A stretch of 64,000 nucleotides of DNA from Setoptus koraiensis (taxonomy: Eukaryota > Animalia > Arthropoda), in NCBI GenBank assembly GCA_048013815.1, contig CM106586.1, forward strand, positions 8,742,001 through 8,806,000, in the 5' to 3' direction. Shown in pieces: positions 1-11,832 of the stretch. The translations under genes and the position numbers were made by a program. Positions within the stretch are counted from its first letter, which is position 1, and each line of letters begins with the position of its first letter. The notes under the pieces are model-generated. The model saw only the letters and a list, made by a program, of their open reading frames with translations. It was not told the origin of the DNA and did no database searches.

Positions 1-970
1 GACACTGAAAGTCACACACGCGCGCGCACACGTTAATGGCGGCACGGGGGCGCCGCCAAGTGACAAGCATATTTTTTACACCTGAGGGGAGCGGGCCCGA
101 GACACGAGGAGCGGGCGCGCACGCGAGCAAGCGGCTCGTTAAATATTTGTTTTAAGTATGTAACAGCGCCACTGTTGCATAATCAGTTGCTGCATCATAC
201 ACGTGTTGTGCGCAACACGCGCCCGGCCAATCAGTCGGCCGGGCGCCGAGTCGACGCCGTGTCATCGTCCGCTCTAGCTGCCGAGTCGCCCGCTGTCGGG
301 CAATCGGTGGGCCGGTGCGGCCCGGAGTGTCCGCTGCGAGAGTCGGCGGCGGGTGTTGGCGGCGGGTGTAAGCGGCAATCGCTCAGTTGTCGCTGCCGGG
401 TATATTGTCCACTGTCGTCGTGTGATGTCGTGTGCCGTTGTGGCGCTGTCGTCGCCCGGCGTGAAACCGGCCACGAACGGGCCCGCGCGGGTTTAGTGGC
501 AGCGTGTCCAGGCGAGCCGCTATCGCACAGACGGACGCACAGGTGACCGGTGTGACGGGCACGGGCAGGGGGCAGTCGCGCACAAGTGCCTGAATGTGTC
601 TTGTTGCCGTGGCCGGCCGCCGGTGTCGTTGCATGCCGGTCGTTTAGTTTTATTTCAAGGTGCCCGTGCACCAGCTCACACGCTAGCTGGTCGGCTGTGA
701 TGATATCTTTTTCAGTGCACAGTGTGCGCGGTTTGCGCAATGTGCACTGAAAAAGCGCTGGCGCGGGGCCCCTGCAGCAAGGCCGCTGAGCACAAGTGTA
801 AACTTGTTTTTTGGCTGGCCGCGCTGTGCAGGCTCGCGCTGGCCACTGCTCACTTGTCAAGATTGCCGTTGCACTTGTTTGCAGTTGTCTCCCGCTCCGG
901 TGTGCGTGTGTGTGTGTGCGTGCGTGTGCCGATACAAACACGCCGGAAAAAGGATCCCCCGGGCGACCCG

Positions 971-1036
971 ACCGGCCGCGACCGGCCCCAACTGGCCCCA
1001 ACTGGCCCCAACTGGCCGCGACTGGCCGCGACTGGC
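971..1036. repeat. 10-bp minisatellite (ACYGGCCSCR) x ~6.5
   Basis: Direct reading: accggccgcg accggcccca actggcccca actggcccca actggccgcg actggccgcg actggc. Confidence 0.9.
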
Positions 1037-1341
1037 GAGCCGAGCCCGCCAGTCGGCACGTCGTGTTTGTTGATACAGACAGGCTGCAGACGGACGGACG
1101 CTCGCACGGCTCCACAGAGACTGGCGCGGCGAGCCGGGCAACCGGGCCAGCGAGCCAGAGCGTAAAAATTGTAATTGGCGAGCCCCGGATAAAAATTCAA
1201 TCCCTTGGCCGGCGCGCAGTGTCAATGTTTATGTTGTGCGTGTGTGTGTGTGTCGGCCGTTATGGCGAGCCGCGCCGCACGACAACAATGCTCGCCATTC
1301 GGCACACTGTTCATCGGCCGCGATTATTATTCGGGGCCCTC

Positions 1342-1404
1342 GATCGGGCGCTCCACGGGGCCGATCGGGCGCTCGACGGGGCCGATCGGGCGCTCGATGG
1401 GGCC
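1342..1404. repeat. 21-bp minisatellite x3
   Basis: gatcgggcgctccacggggcc / gatcgggcgctcgacggggcc / gatcgggcgctcgatggggcc. Confidence 0.9.
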
Positions 1405-4140
1405 GATTCGGCCGGGCCCGCCATGAGCCAGATACGAGCAACGAGCGTGGCCAACTGGCCAGCGACTGGACGGGCCGCTGGCTGGACGTGAGACGGGCTC
1501 GCAGTTGACCAGTGGCTTGCCAGCGGCGCACGATAAAAGTCGCACAATGTAACACGCAGCGCACACACAGTACATATGCCGTGAGCGTATATCGTGTATG
1601 CATGTGCCGCGCGCGCCACAATGGCGTGGCCGTACATTGTGCGCCGAGGCGCCACTGGGCTGATTGGGGCCCCGGCGGCCCGGTCGGCTGGCTGGGCCCT
1701 AGCGCTAAGCTTAGTTAGCGCTATCAGAACGCACTATTAAGCGTCCCCGCACAACAACAGCAACAACAACAGCGGCAGTGGCAACAGCAACAACAACAGC
1801 GCCACCAACAGCAACAACAGCGGCGCCAGCAACAACACCCACACATGGCTCGCTTGATAATGGCGAACGGTGATGGTCGGTGACCTCATTCCCGGGCAAT
1901 CGATGCCCCCCATCTCTGGCTGTTGTGGGTGCTGGCGCCAGTTTGCAGCGCTGGCACAACTGGCACCGCTGGCACCACTGGCGCTATTGGCACCGCTGAC
2001 ACAGTAAACTTGACGGCAACTCGGTCGTAACTTGCGACTCGTGCCGCTCGCCGCCAGCAGCGCGCCCGCACCAAGCCGCGCTAACGCTGGCAAGCTAGCG
2101 CTGGCAAGCTAAGCGACTCGGGTAACTGGAGTGTGTGCGGCGCGGGCCCGTGCAAACATGCCAATTGCTGGCAGTTGCGGCCCGGCCCGCGCAACGGCGC
2201 GCAAACGCGCCCGACAGTGGCACAGATTGTGGCGCGTTTATGGTGCGCTCATGGTGCGTGCTGCGGAACAGGGGCGCAGTGGCGCCCACGGAGCCCCTAG
2301 AATAGAGACGCCTAGCGACTCGCACACAGCCTAGCGACTCGCACAGGCACACAGGCGAGCGACTTGCACGCGCACACATGCGAGCGACTTGCCCGCGCAC
2401 AGCCATGCAAAGCGGCGATACAGCGCTCGGGGCCCCACTCGATGTATCCCATCTGTGGGCGCACTGCACATTATGTACACTAATAGTTATCCGTGCCGTT
2501 ATATCCGCCACATGGATAACTTTATACGTGTGTGTGTGTGTGCGTATCCGACGGCACGGGCGTCGGAGCGACGCGCCCGCCAACGAGTCAGCGGACGAGC
2601 CAGCGGACGAGCCAAGAGCAATAAGTAAACTTGTTGGCTTGTTTGCTCTGGCGGCCACCGACGGCTCAGCGGCGTGGCAAGGGGGCCCGATGTTGCCAGT
2701 GCCGGCGAGCACGTTGCAACGGTACAGATATAACGCCGTACATAATGCCGTATAACGAGCGGCCTGTTTCATGCGCACCGTTTTAAGGTTATAAACAAAT
2801 ATACGATCGTCTTATCTGTCGGTGGGGGCCGACTTAAATGTTTGCGCCGCTTGCCTGAACGGTCTGAGTGGCCACACTCATATATTGCGATATATGGCGA
2901 TACTGCCACGCCGGGCCCCACTGGCAATATTATTATGGCTGGCTTACTCGCCGCAGTAATATCACTGGCCAATATTACTGGCCGCCAATAATATCAAACC
3001 GCCAATAATATCCAATTGGCATGCAAATGTCAGTATCGATAATATTGATATTGGGCCCGTGCGTCGCCTCTAGCCACTCGCTGCCGGCTGCCGGCAGCCG
3101 CTTGGGCCGGCCTCTCAGCACGCGCCAGCAAGCTGGCGGCGGCCCGCCCGACAGCGAGCCGCCTCGCGCTCAAAAATCAAACACGTTTTGCAAATTGCCC
3201 GGGCAACATGATGCCTATTAGCGCCATAATGCTGTTTGTGTATGCGAAAACGTATTTGCGATCCGTCGGGCGATCTGTCGGCGATATGTTGGCGCGCGTA
3301 CCCATTTGCGGATTATGGGCGCACTTGTTTACAGTTGCGGCCGGCCCGCTCTCTGACCGGTGGCGCCGCTCGCCGCATCGTCGGGCATGCCGGCTCCCGT
3401 CAATATACTCAGTATCCCGAGCGCACTCCGACCGAGCCAGTCGGGCCGGCCGGCCGGCCAACCAAACCAACCAACAAACCAACCAACGGCCAACAGCAAC
3501 GCAACGGACATGTCGAACGGACACAACTACAATTAGCCAGTTTTGTTGCCGTCACGCTGCTAATTTATGAGTTGCCATATTTAATTTGTGCCATTTGCGC
3601 CCCATTTGCATGCTGCTCGCCGCACAAAACCGGCCCGCGCAGACACTTGAAGAGTCCGTTGGAAGTTTGCCAAGCTCGTTCGGCTCGAACTGGCCCCGTT
3701 TGCCTGCTCATTGCATTCGTTTGCTTGCTATGCGCGCCCTCACAACGAATTCGTTGCGTCGGGTTGCCACTAGTTGCCAATTGATTGGCCGGCGTTGCCG
3801 CGATGCAAATCGACACAAAGATACACGAATTCGGCGCTGGTTCGGGCGGCTTCGGTATCGTGCGAATCCGAAATTGGAATCGAGTTCGGAATCGCAATCG
3901 TTCGACGTCGCAAGCTGCGCAATCACGGCGCTGTGCAGCGAACGCCGAACGTCGGATGTCGAACGTCGAACGTCGGATGTGGAACGTCGCGCGGCGCAAG
4001 AGGCGAATTTATAGAATTCGCTGACGGCCCCAGTGGCTGACAGCTGCGACAAGCGAGCCGACGACAGGTGCACGCGCGGTCCCAAGCCGCATTGTCAGTT
4101 TGGACAGCTTACAAGCTTTGTTAGCGGCTGACCGAGCGGC

Positions 4141-4204
4141 TGATATACCGCGCGGGTGATACACCGAGCGGGTGATATACCGAGCGGGTGATATACCGAT
4201 CGGG
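4141..4204. repeat. 16-bp minisatellite x4
   Basis: Four copies of a tgatataccgagcggg-type unit with single substitutions. Confidence 0.9.
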
Positions 4205-5093
4205 CGAGTCATACACCGGTGACACACAATAGTTGTGCTCAGACACGCACAGATGTACACAAATAAACAAAGATATACGCAGTTGTACTCGCACGTATGC
4301 AGATGCACGGGGGCCCGCACAATTGCACACAGTGTTGTCTTAATGCCGACGGTGGCGACACGCAAAAGTAGCGGCAAAAGTATTATTTGTGGTAATAGAA
4401 TAGCGGCGAACGCGTTCTTTGCATGCCATCAATATTGAATAGATTGTGAGCGCGAGCCATCGAGAGATTGCATTGTGCAATGCGAGCAGTGCGCTCCTCT
4501 CGAGCCGCTTCTTTGTTCTTTGTTCTCCACTCTACGCTCACCATTTATCTCTTGGTCACATCTCTTGGCTGGCCGCTGCGCCGCCGGGGCCCCTATTGTG
4601 CCGCTATTGGCGCTTGTGCACTGGCTGTGCACAGCAAGCGCGCACCATTGAATCAATGGCACTGATCGGCCTCGAACAGCGCCGGCCAGCTTGATACAGT
4701 TACTTGTTGTGTGTCGGCGGCTTGATAACGGGCCTCAAGGCGCCATAACATGCCATAACATGCATGTAACCAGACACACAGTTTATGTGGGGCCCACTGG
4801 TGGCCAGCGCACAGCCAACTGACATTGTGAGAGCGCAACTGCAAATTGGCGCAAAATGGCGCAAACTGCGAACTCCAATCTGCGACCAGCGAACCCCCGA
4901 ACGCCGAACCCGGGCCCCAGTGGCCGTGTCAGTGGCAGCGGCATTACATTTAAGTGCGTTACTTAGGGGCCCCAAGTTGGGGGCCGGCCGGCCAGCCAGC
5001 CAGCGATATCTGCATGCAGCTGAATGCCGTTCGCGAGCTACGCCGCCATGTCCGCCGCTATGTCACGCCGTGCGACGCTGTGCGACTCCCCCG

Positions 5094-5155
5094 CACACAC
5101 ACACACACGCACACAGACACACACACACACACGCACACACACACTCACACACACA

Positions 5156-5196
<41 letters not shown>

Positions 5197-5198
5197 AC
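5094..5198. repeat. imperfect (CA)n microsatellite
   Basis: About 105 bp of CA repeats with occasional interruptions. Confidence 0.95.
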
Positions 5199-5355
5199 GA
5201 CGCGCCGTAATGAGTGCCAGTTGCCCGGGCTCGAAAATTTCGCGCTCCCCTTGCTTCCTCTTTCTTCGTTCGGCCCCTTCCTTTTCTCTGGCTCCCGCTC
5301 GGCGTTTTGTTGTTACCGTCGGCCCCAAAATCGTTATTCATCGTGTCTCGCCGCG

Positions 5356-5356
<1 letters not shown>

Positions 5357-5400
<44 letters not shown>
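5357..5400. repeat. (TG)n microsatellite
   Basis: Perfect TG run of about 22 units. Confidence 0.95.
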
Positions 5401-5401
<1 letters not shown>

Positions 5402-8080
5402 AATGGTAACGGCTAAATTCGGTTAGGCTATTTAGACTGAGGCTCGGCTGGCTGTCGCGCGGGCTCTCCTATCGCCAGCTTGCCGCCACCGAGCTGCCCC
5501 AATTCGGACCGACTCCCACGAGGAGCCCCGGCGAGCCAGCCAGCCAACCCCTGCTGGCAAGCTTGCCAGTGTGCCGATTGAGGCGGGCAGCCCGGGCAGG
5601 CTCAAGTCGCTGCGAGGCCCGGGCAAGTTGGCCAGATCTGGTGCAGATGCACACGGGCCCCGGCCCAGTGTGCAAACTGGCTGGCACATCCCGCCGGCGC
5701 AGCAGTATCGGCAGTCGCACACAACAGTGTCGGCCCTGTCCCGTGACAGGGCAATGCCCTGATTCTCGACTCGCCTAACGCTCAAACAGCCGCACACTCT
5801 CATATCCGAGTACCCGAACACTCTCAAATCCAAATACCCGAGTACCCGGACGCCCGAACGCCCGAACGCCCGCATACCCAAATCGAATGGGGGCCGGCGA
5901 GCCGCCGGGCGGTGCGCGCTTAGCCAGTCCGGGAGTCTCCAAAATAAAGATTGAAGAGCTATCGACTCGATCAATTGACGCCCGGCCGCTGGGGCGCGTC
6001 GATCGCACCAACTCAATTGGCTACTTGGGCGCCCAATCTCATGGCTCGTTGGGGCGCCCAATTAGTGGCCAATTAGTCGCCGACTGGATGGGCTAATTGA
6101 GAGAGAGGGAGTCTTGGGTCCGTTGTGGGCGCTCTGTTGTCGATATTGTTCGCCAGTGGTGTGTTAACTGAGTGCTGGCGGGCGGCGGATAAATGCGGAA
6201 TGCGAGCCAAACGTAATGGCGGTTTGGGCAGGGGGGCCGATGATGGCCGGGCCCGGCGCCGCTGCCGCCAGGGGGAATGGGCCAAACATTCAATTGGCGA
6301 CTTGACTGGCCGTGATTCAATTTGCACTTTTGCGCCGCCGAGCGCGCGTGATGCCATCAACCTGACACTGTCGGCTGATGCTGCCGCTGATATTATGGCA
6401 ATGGCGTAATGGCGCAAGTATGGGCCAGAGTATACAGTGTAATGGGCACCATTTATTAGTGTAATCCAATACACTACTAAGCGAGTTGTCATCGTCAGCT
6501 GATGGGTCTCATGACAGCCAGCTGTTCGGGCGCCCACACAGCGCCCCGTTAAGAGCTCTAATTGGCCGCTTGACCAGCGTTCGCGCCACACCGAGGCGCG
6601 ACAGTGGCAACGGTCAAGCACTGGCGACGGTCAAGCACTGGTCAAGGACGTCGCACCGAGACGGGCCGGCCCGGGCCGGAGCCGGAGACGAACGGACCGG
6701 AGTCGAACCGACCGGAGCCGAACCGACCGAAACGCCAGCGACGGGTGGGCGCAATGTCGGGCCGGCCGTTGTTTGGCGGCAAGCGCTCGCGTTTGTGCAA
6801 TTTGTAGCTGTTGTGCCAACGATGCGAGTGCGGGCCCCAAGTAACGGCGCTACTTGGGTCGTGATTCAAGTACAAATCACTTTGCAAGTGATTTGAATAC
6901 GGCGGCCACTATTCAAATCGGGGCCGCACACTCTATGGCGCGCTCAGTGGCGAGTGTTTCCAGTCCGGGCAGCCAAAGCGGGCCCGCCAAAGTGGGCCCG
7001 TTAAAGTGGGCCCGTCTGAGCGAGTTTTAAAGAGCTGCTCTTGCGCACAAATTATAATATTTTAATATTATAATATATAATGTGTGCGCGTATAAATAAA
7101 AGTTGAGAGAGCGAAAAAACGATCAATTTCTGTGAGCGTGCACCAGCAAAAGCAACAGCAACAACAACGGCAACAACAACAACAACAACAGCCATAGAGA
7201 ACGTTACGTAACGCACGGCCTTGCAACGTGCTATAACACGCAGCACGTGCTGCCTGGAGCGGGCAGCACGCGTTACAAACACAACAGTTAGGCAACAAAG
7301 CAGCAACATGCACTCTCACAAGGCACATTAGCCGATGTGATAATGTGAGCTTGCCAGTGGCACAATGGCCGAGTTTTGATGCCCGGGACCCGGGTTCAAG
7401 TGGCGGCGGCCGGGCCGGGCGAGAGAGCGGGCGCACACTCAGTTGAGGCTGCTCAGTGTGCAGCGCCAACAACTCGTTGATACCGCTGACCTAGACACAG
7501 GCCATATAGCACGGGCGGCATTGCGTAGCGCCAACGGCGGTTACGCAATAGTTGCGCCAGCGCCAGCGCCAGTCCCAGTCCCAGCTAACCACAGTAGCAG
7601 CAAACTGACCGAGCGACCCACCGACCTGGCTATAAAGTGACCTAGAAATTTGCACAACGCATGCGCCCCGTGCCCCGCTCGCTAAAGCCCCTCACTGGGG
7701 CCCCTGGGGACCCTGCTGTCTCGACTGGCGGCTTGTGTGCGGGGCCCCGTTTCTCGACACAGCACAGTTACAGTTACAGTTACAGTTGCTTGTTTGACGC
7801 ACACACACACACATAACTGTTATTATTATTATTACCGTTATTGCATAACCGATTGGCATGGATTGTTTGTTGCAGCGTTTGTGACAGTGTTCAATTACGC
7901 AACGACAACACGTTGTTCGTAGTGCACGCTACTCATCTTTCATGTGCTCGTCTGTTCATGTGTTTGCATAACATTATATCACGTATATATATATTATATA
8001 TTATATATTATATAATCTATATCTATCCATTATATAATGTAACTAGTCCATGGCACAGTGGCAGTGTTGAGTAACGTCAG

Positions 8081-8160
8081 TATTAGTCGGCATTAGTCGG
8101 CATTAGTCAGCGTTAGTCAGTGTTAGTCGGCGTTAGTCGGCGTTAGTCAGTATTAGTCAG
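8081..8160. repeat. 10-bp minisatellite YRTTAGTCRG x8
   Basis: tattagtcgg cattagtcgg cattagtcag cgttagtcag tgttagtcgg cgttagtcgg cgttagtcag tattagtcag. Confidence 0.9.
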
Positions 8161-9045
8161 TATTGTCGAGTAACGGTAACGTGTTATGTAACGTGCTATG
8201 TAACAGTTTCCTGTCGAACAATCGAGTGGTATCATCATGAGCACGAGCACACCGATAGACCGATAGACCGATAGACGACGCAATGGTCGTCGAGTTCAAG
8301 TCGCCATCCGTCAAACAGTCAATGAGTATGTGTCATGTCAACAAGCACTCAAGTCGCTATTAATTATGTAACACGCTGGCAAGCCACCACGACACACACA
8401 CACACACACACTGACGACCAATTAAAACAATGCCAATCATGTCACCTGTCGTTACCTGTCGTGTTAGTTAGCGACTCTTACAACATGCATCACATGAAAC
8501 AACAATTGACACAATCATCATGTAAATAACAGTTATGCGAACAGTTATTCGGAACAATGTCAACTACTCACAGCTCAGATTAGGTTGCAGATTATTTAGC
8601 GTTATTCAGCCAGCGGTTGCATTTCGAAAAACAGGCACCACCTTTTGGACAGAGGCCCGCGTAACCATTTTAGATGCATGTGGCCCCAAAATCAACTAGC
8701 AAGTCGTAGTCAGCACTGTCAATGGGAACCATTACATCATACATGAATATACACAAACATATATATACACAACAATATATATATACAAATATATATAAAC
8801 TGTTTTGACAGAACCAGCCGCACACCGGAAAACAAAACAGAGGCGCACAAAACAATCATACATTGTACATATACTTTTTTAAACTTTGACACTAAACTTT
8901 TTATTATGCACATAGCGGCCATTTTTGGCATATTTACAATAACACATTTACAACAACAACAACAACAACATCAACAGCAACCACTTTTTTTCATCATTGT
9001 TACATGTTTTTACCACATGTGTACTAAACAACAAGATCAAACGTT

Positions 9046-9147
9046 ATGAGCCAACACAATCCAAGTGGGCCAGGTCAAGCCAGCGGCAGTCAAGCCAGGG
9101 ATACGGGCCAAAATGAGCCGTCTACTTCGGCGGCGGCCGACGCACGG
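9046..9147 (+). other. possible first coding exon of an unidentified or decayed gene
   Basis: ATG at 9046 opens MSQHNPSGPGQASGSQARDTGQNEPSTSAAADAR and ends at a strong phase-0 donor CGG|GTAAGC. It is GC-richer than its flanks. I found no intact downstream exon. Confidence 0.3.
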
Positions 9148-9154
9148 GTAAGCC

Positions 9155-9217
9155 ATTCGTTACAAACTTTGTTTATTCGTTACAAACTTTGTTTATTCGT
9201 TACAAACTTTGTTTATT
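9155..9217. repeat. 20-bp tandem repeat x3
   Basis: attcgttacaaactttgttt occurs three times perfectly. Confidence 0.95.
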
Positions 9218-11832
9218 AGCCCCTTATTATAGCCCATTAGTAGTGCACTCCAATTAGCTTGATAATGGTCTTGTTGCTCGTGTTGCTCGTCGTTGCTGAC
9301 TTGGTCACCGCAAGCCCGCTTGGTCAGACCAACTAGGAAATTGTTTTGTTTGACAGCAGGATCACTTGTCAGCGTCACAGATCAAGGCGAGATTATTGTT
9401 ATTGAAATAACAATAGTGCTGGATTAGAGAGAACAACCTCTGTTAGTCGGTTCGTGATAATCACAATAATTGCTTTTTAATCATTGACTCGCTTATCAAT
9501 GAGCCGAACGCTTTCAAGTGGCAACTCACGCAATTCGCCGCCGACGTTATCATGCCAGTGGTGTGAGTAGGTGTAAGAGACAAGTGCACTAATTCAACAT
9601 GATGATAATAATATCAACAAAATGACAATTAGTATCACATCACACTCACACGCTATTAGTCTAATAGTATTAGAGAAAATAATGTGTATACAAACATGAC
9701 ACATGTCGCCAATGTGTAAAGATGAGAAAAAGATATATGCAGCTGCCAATGATCAATTCACTGTCTAGACAATGAGACGTTATCACGTGAACCTTGCAGT
9801 TTGTTGGTCGCAATTGATTAATTATCGCTCCTGTGTCGCTGCCTTTTGGTTTGATTTCTCGCTTTGATACGATCCTCATTTTTACGTGATGTGTGATATG
9901 ATACCACTAGTAAGCGAAGTACAAAGTGATCTATGATTCACGATACATGCCCACCGACCATGTATACGACCACCAGTGATTTCAACTTGTTAGCTGCCGT
10001 GAACTTGTCAACGCATTGTAATATTACAACGCAGCAAAAGAAAAAACAATTCCATTTTCAACAATGTCCCAGTGGTATGTTCCAACCATCACTTGTCCAA
10101 AAATTGCAACGCTAAATGGTCTGATAAGCTCATGGACCATTATGACAGTGGCTTGATCTATTGATATGCTGACGCTATCGTGCACTGATGAATATCAACT
10201 AGTTATGACTGGTTGACAATGATATTCGCAACCGGCGATAACAACCAACTAATTAGTGGTGAAATAGATCAAGACTAATTGCCCCTGAACCATATCGACG
10301 TTCCTCCAGATATGTGTTGGCCAATGTAGCTCATATCTAAAATTCAGACAGATTTATTCAGTTGGGTCGAGTGTATCAACGACAGGAAACTGATGCATGC
10401 TAGCTGTCGTGATCTCGTATCAAACGCTGTCTAGTTGCTAGCACTGTAATTAAGATTGTTGTCCTCATCCATGCTAGCCTTCAGTTGATCCGCTATCGAT
10501 CTCTCCTTTATTAATTGTTGCGCGATAATTGATGTATCAGGATCATCACGAGAGGTAGACATGTGCGCTTTGATCAGATCCTCAATATTTTATCCTTAGT
10601 CAACATCAGCTGGGCTGGTATTCACAAATACTACTTATGTAAACGGAAATTCCAACGAATATTCCTTACCTGTTGAGTTGACAGACAACATCGTTGCTAT
10701 GGACAAGTTAACGACTATTGTGTGCGTGATTGACTTTGTTGGCTTCGTATTGGCACTTGTGATTAATCGTGAATGTTGTTGTTGTCTCAGATTACCAGTA
10801 TATTTCCGATGGCATGTTCTTCAACTTGATTTTCCTCCAAATCTCTTGCCGACTGGCGAGCATCAATGGAATTTCAATGATCTCTAGTGATGTAGTGATT
10901 TACTATTTGGCAGTGATTATATCCCGACGTACTCCAAAGCATGTGATCAAACGAGTATTCATAATTATTGTGTTGCCATTAGCAGACCCATTAGATCGCT
11001 CAAGGTCCACCTGTTGCATGAATATTGAGAATTTCATGTATCAGTTAGTGCAAATCAGTTATCTTTGGTCTTCTTAGTAATTCATGACATTCACAAATGT
11101 AGATACATGTGAATATTCTTGGTCCCATGCAACAAGAGTATTTATATATAACAGCCAGATGCTTACTCTTGAGAACAATGGGTTGGATTTTGCTGTAATA
11201 TAATAATATTAATGTGCTGTCTAATGGTTTGTTGAGCTCATCCCATAGTGTTGTTATTCCCTGGGAAATTCTTTCATTCTTTCGAGATAGCTATTCAATA
11301 GATTGTGGTGTATTGTTGCCGACGATTGCCAATATCGCTAGAAAATATTAAAATCAACATGCTTACTTGACGCACGCACTGCTAACCGTCCAACGGTGGC
11401 AAAGGGATGGAAACAGCTCCAACGACTACATTATTGTCATTATTGTTATTATTATTATTATTTGTGATTGTTTGTTTGCCTGCATTATATTTATCTGTTG
11501 CTGTAAATATGTTCTCATCATAATCATACAATCATTTTTGTTTTGTAATTATAAATTATTACAATCTGAAGTGATAAGAATATCAACAATTGTTGTTTTA
11601 GTTTATTTTTGAACTATCACAAAAGCGACATTCTTGAAACTAATCATAATAATAGTAATAATATCGACAACGACAGCAACCATAATATTCTTTCATTTGG
11701 AGTTACACCATCCATAAAAGCATCTCAATTAGGAAACACATATTAACTCATCATTTGCGTATTCCATATATTTCCTTTATGCCATTTTTTCACTATACAT
11801 ATCATATTTCACAACATATCAAGGAGAAAAAA

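Noticed and set aside
1725-2010. CAA/CAG-rich stretch readable as polyQ, polyN or a mucin-like T/A tract
   Set aside because: All three frames close quickly and I could not link it to other exons. It may be a real exon but is unsupported.
175-7640. Dozens of overlapping 60-290 aa ORFs in the first GC-rich block
   Set aside because: They occur on both strands, consist of R/A/P/G/C low-complexity text derived from minisatellites and CA/TG runs, and show no domain motifs or consistent splice model. This is expected from stop-codon scarcity at high GC.
8081-8160. TTAGTC-containing repeat as an interstitial telomere
   Set aside because: The unit is 10 bp (YRTTAGTCRG), not the arthropod TTAGG pentamer.
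971-9217. Short regularly repeated units as CRISPR-like arrays
   Set aside because: The units are head-to-tail with no unique spacers, there are no cas genes, and the context is eukaryotic. They are ordinary minisatellites.
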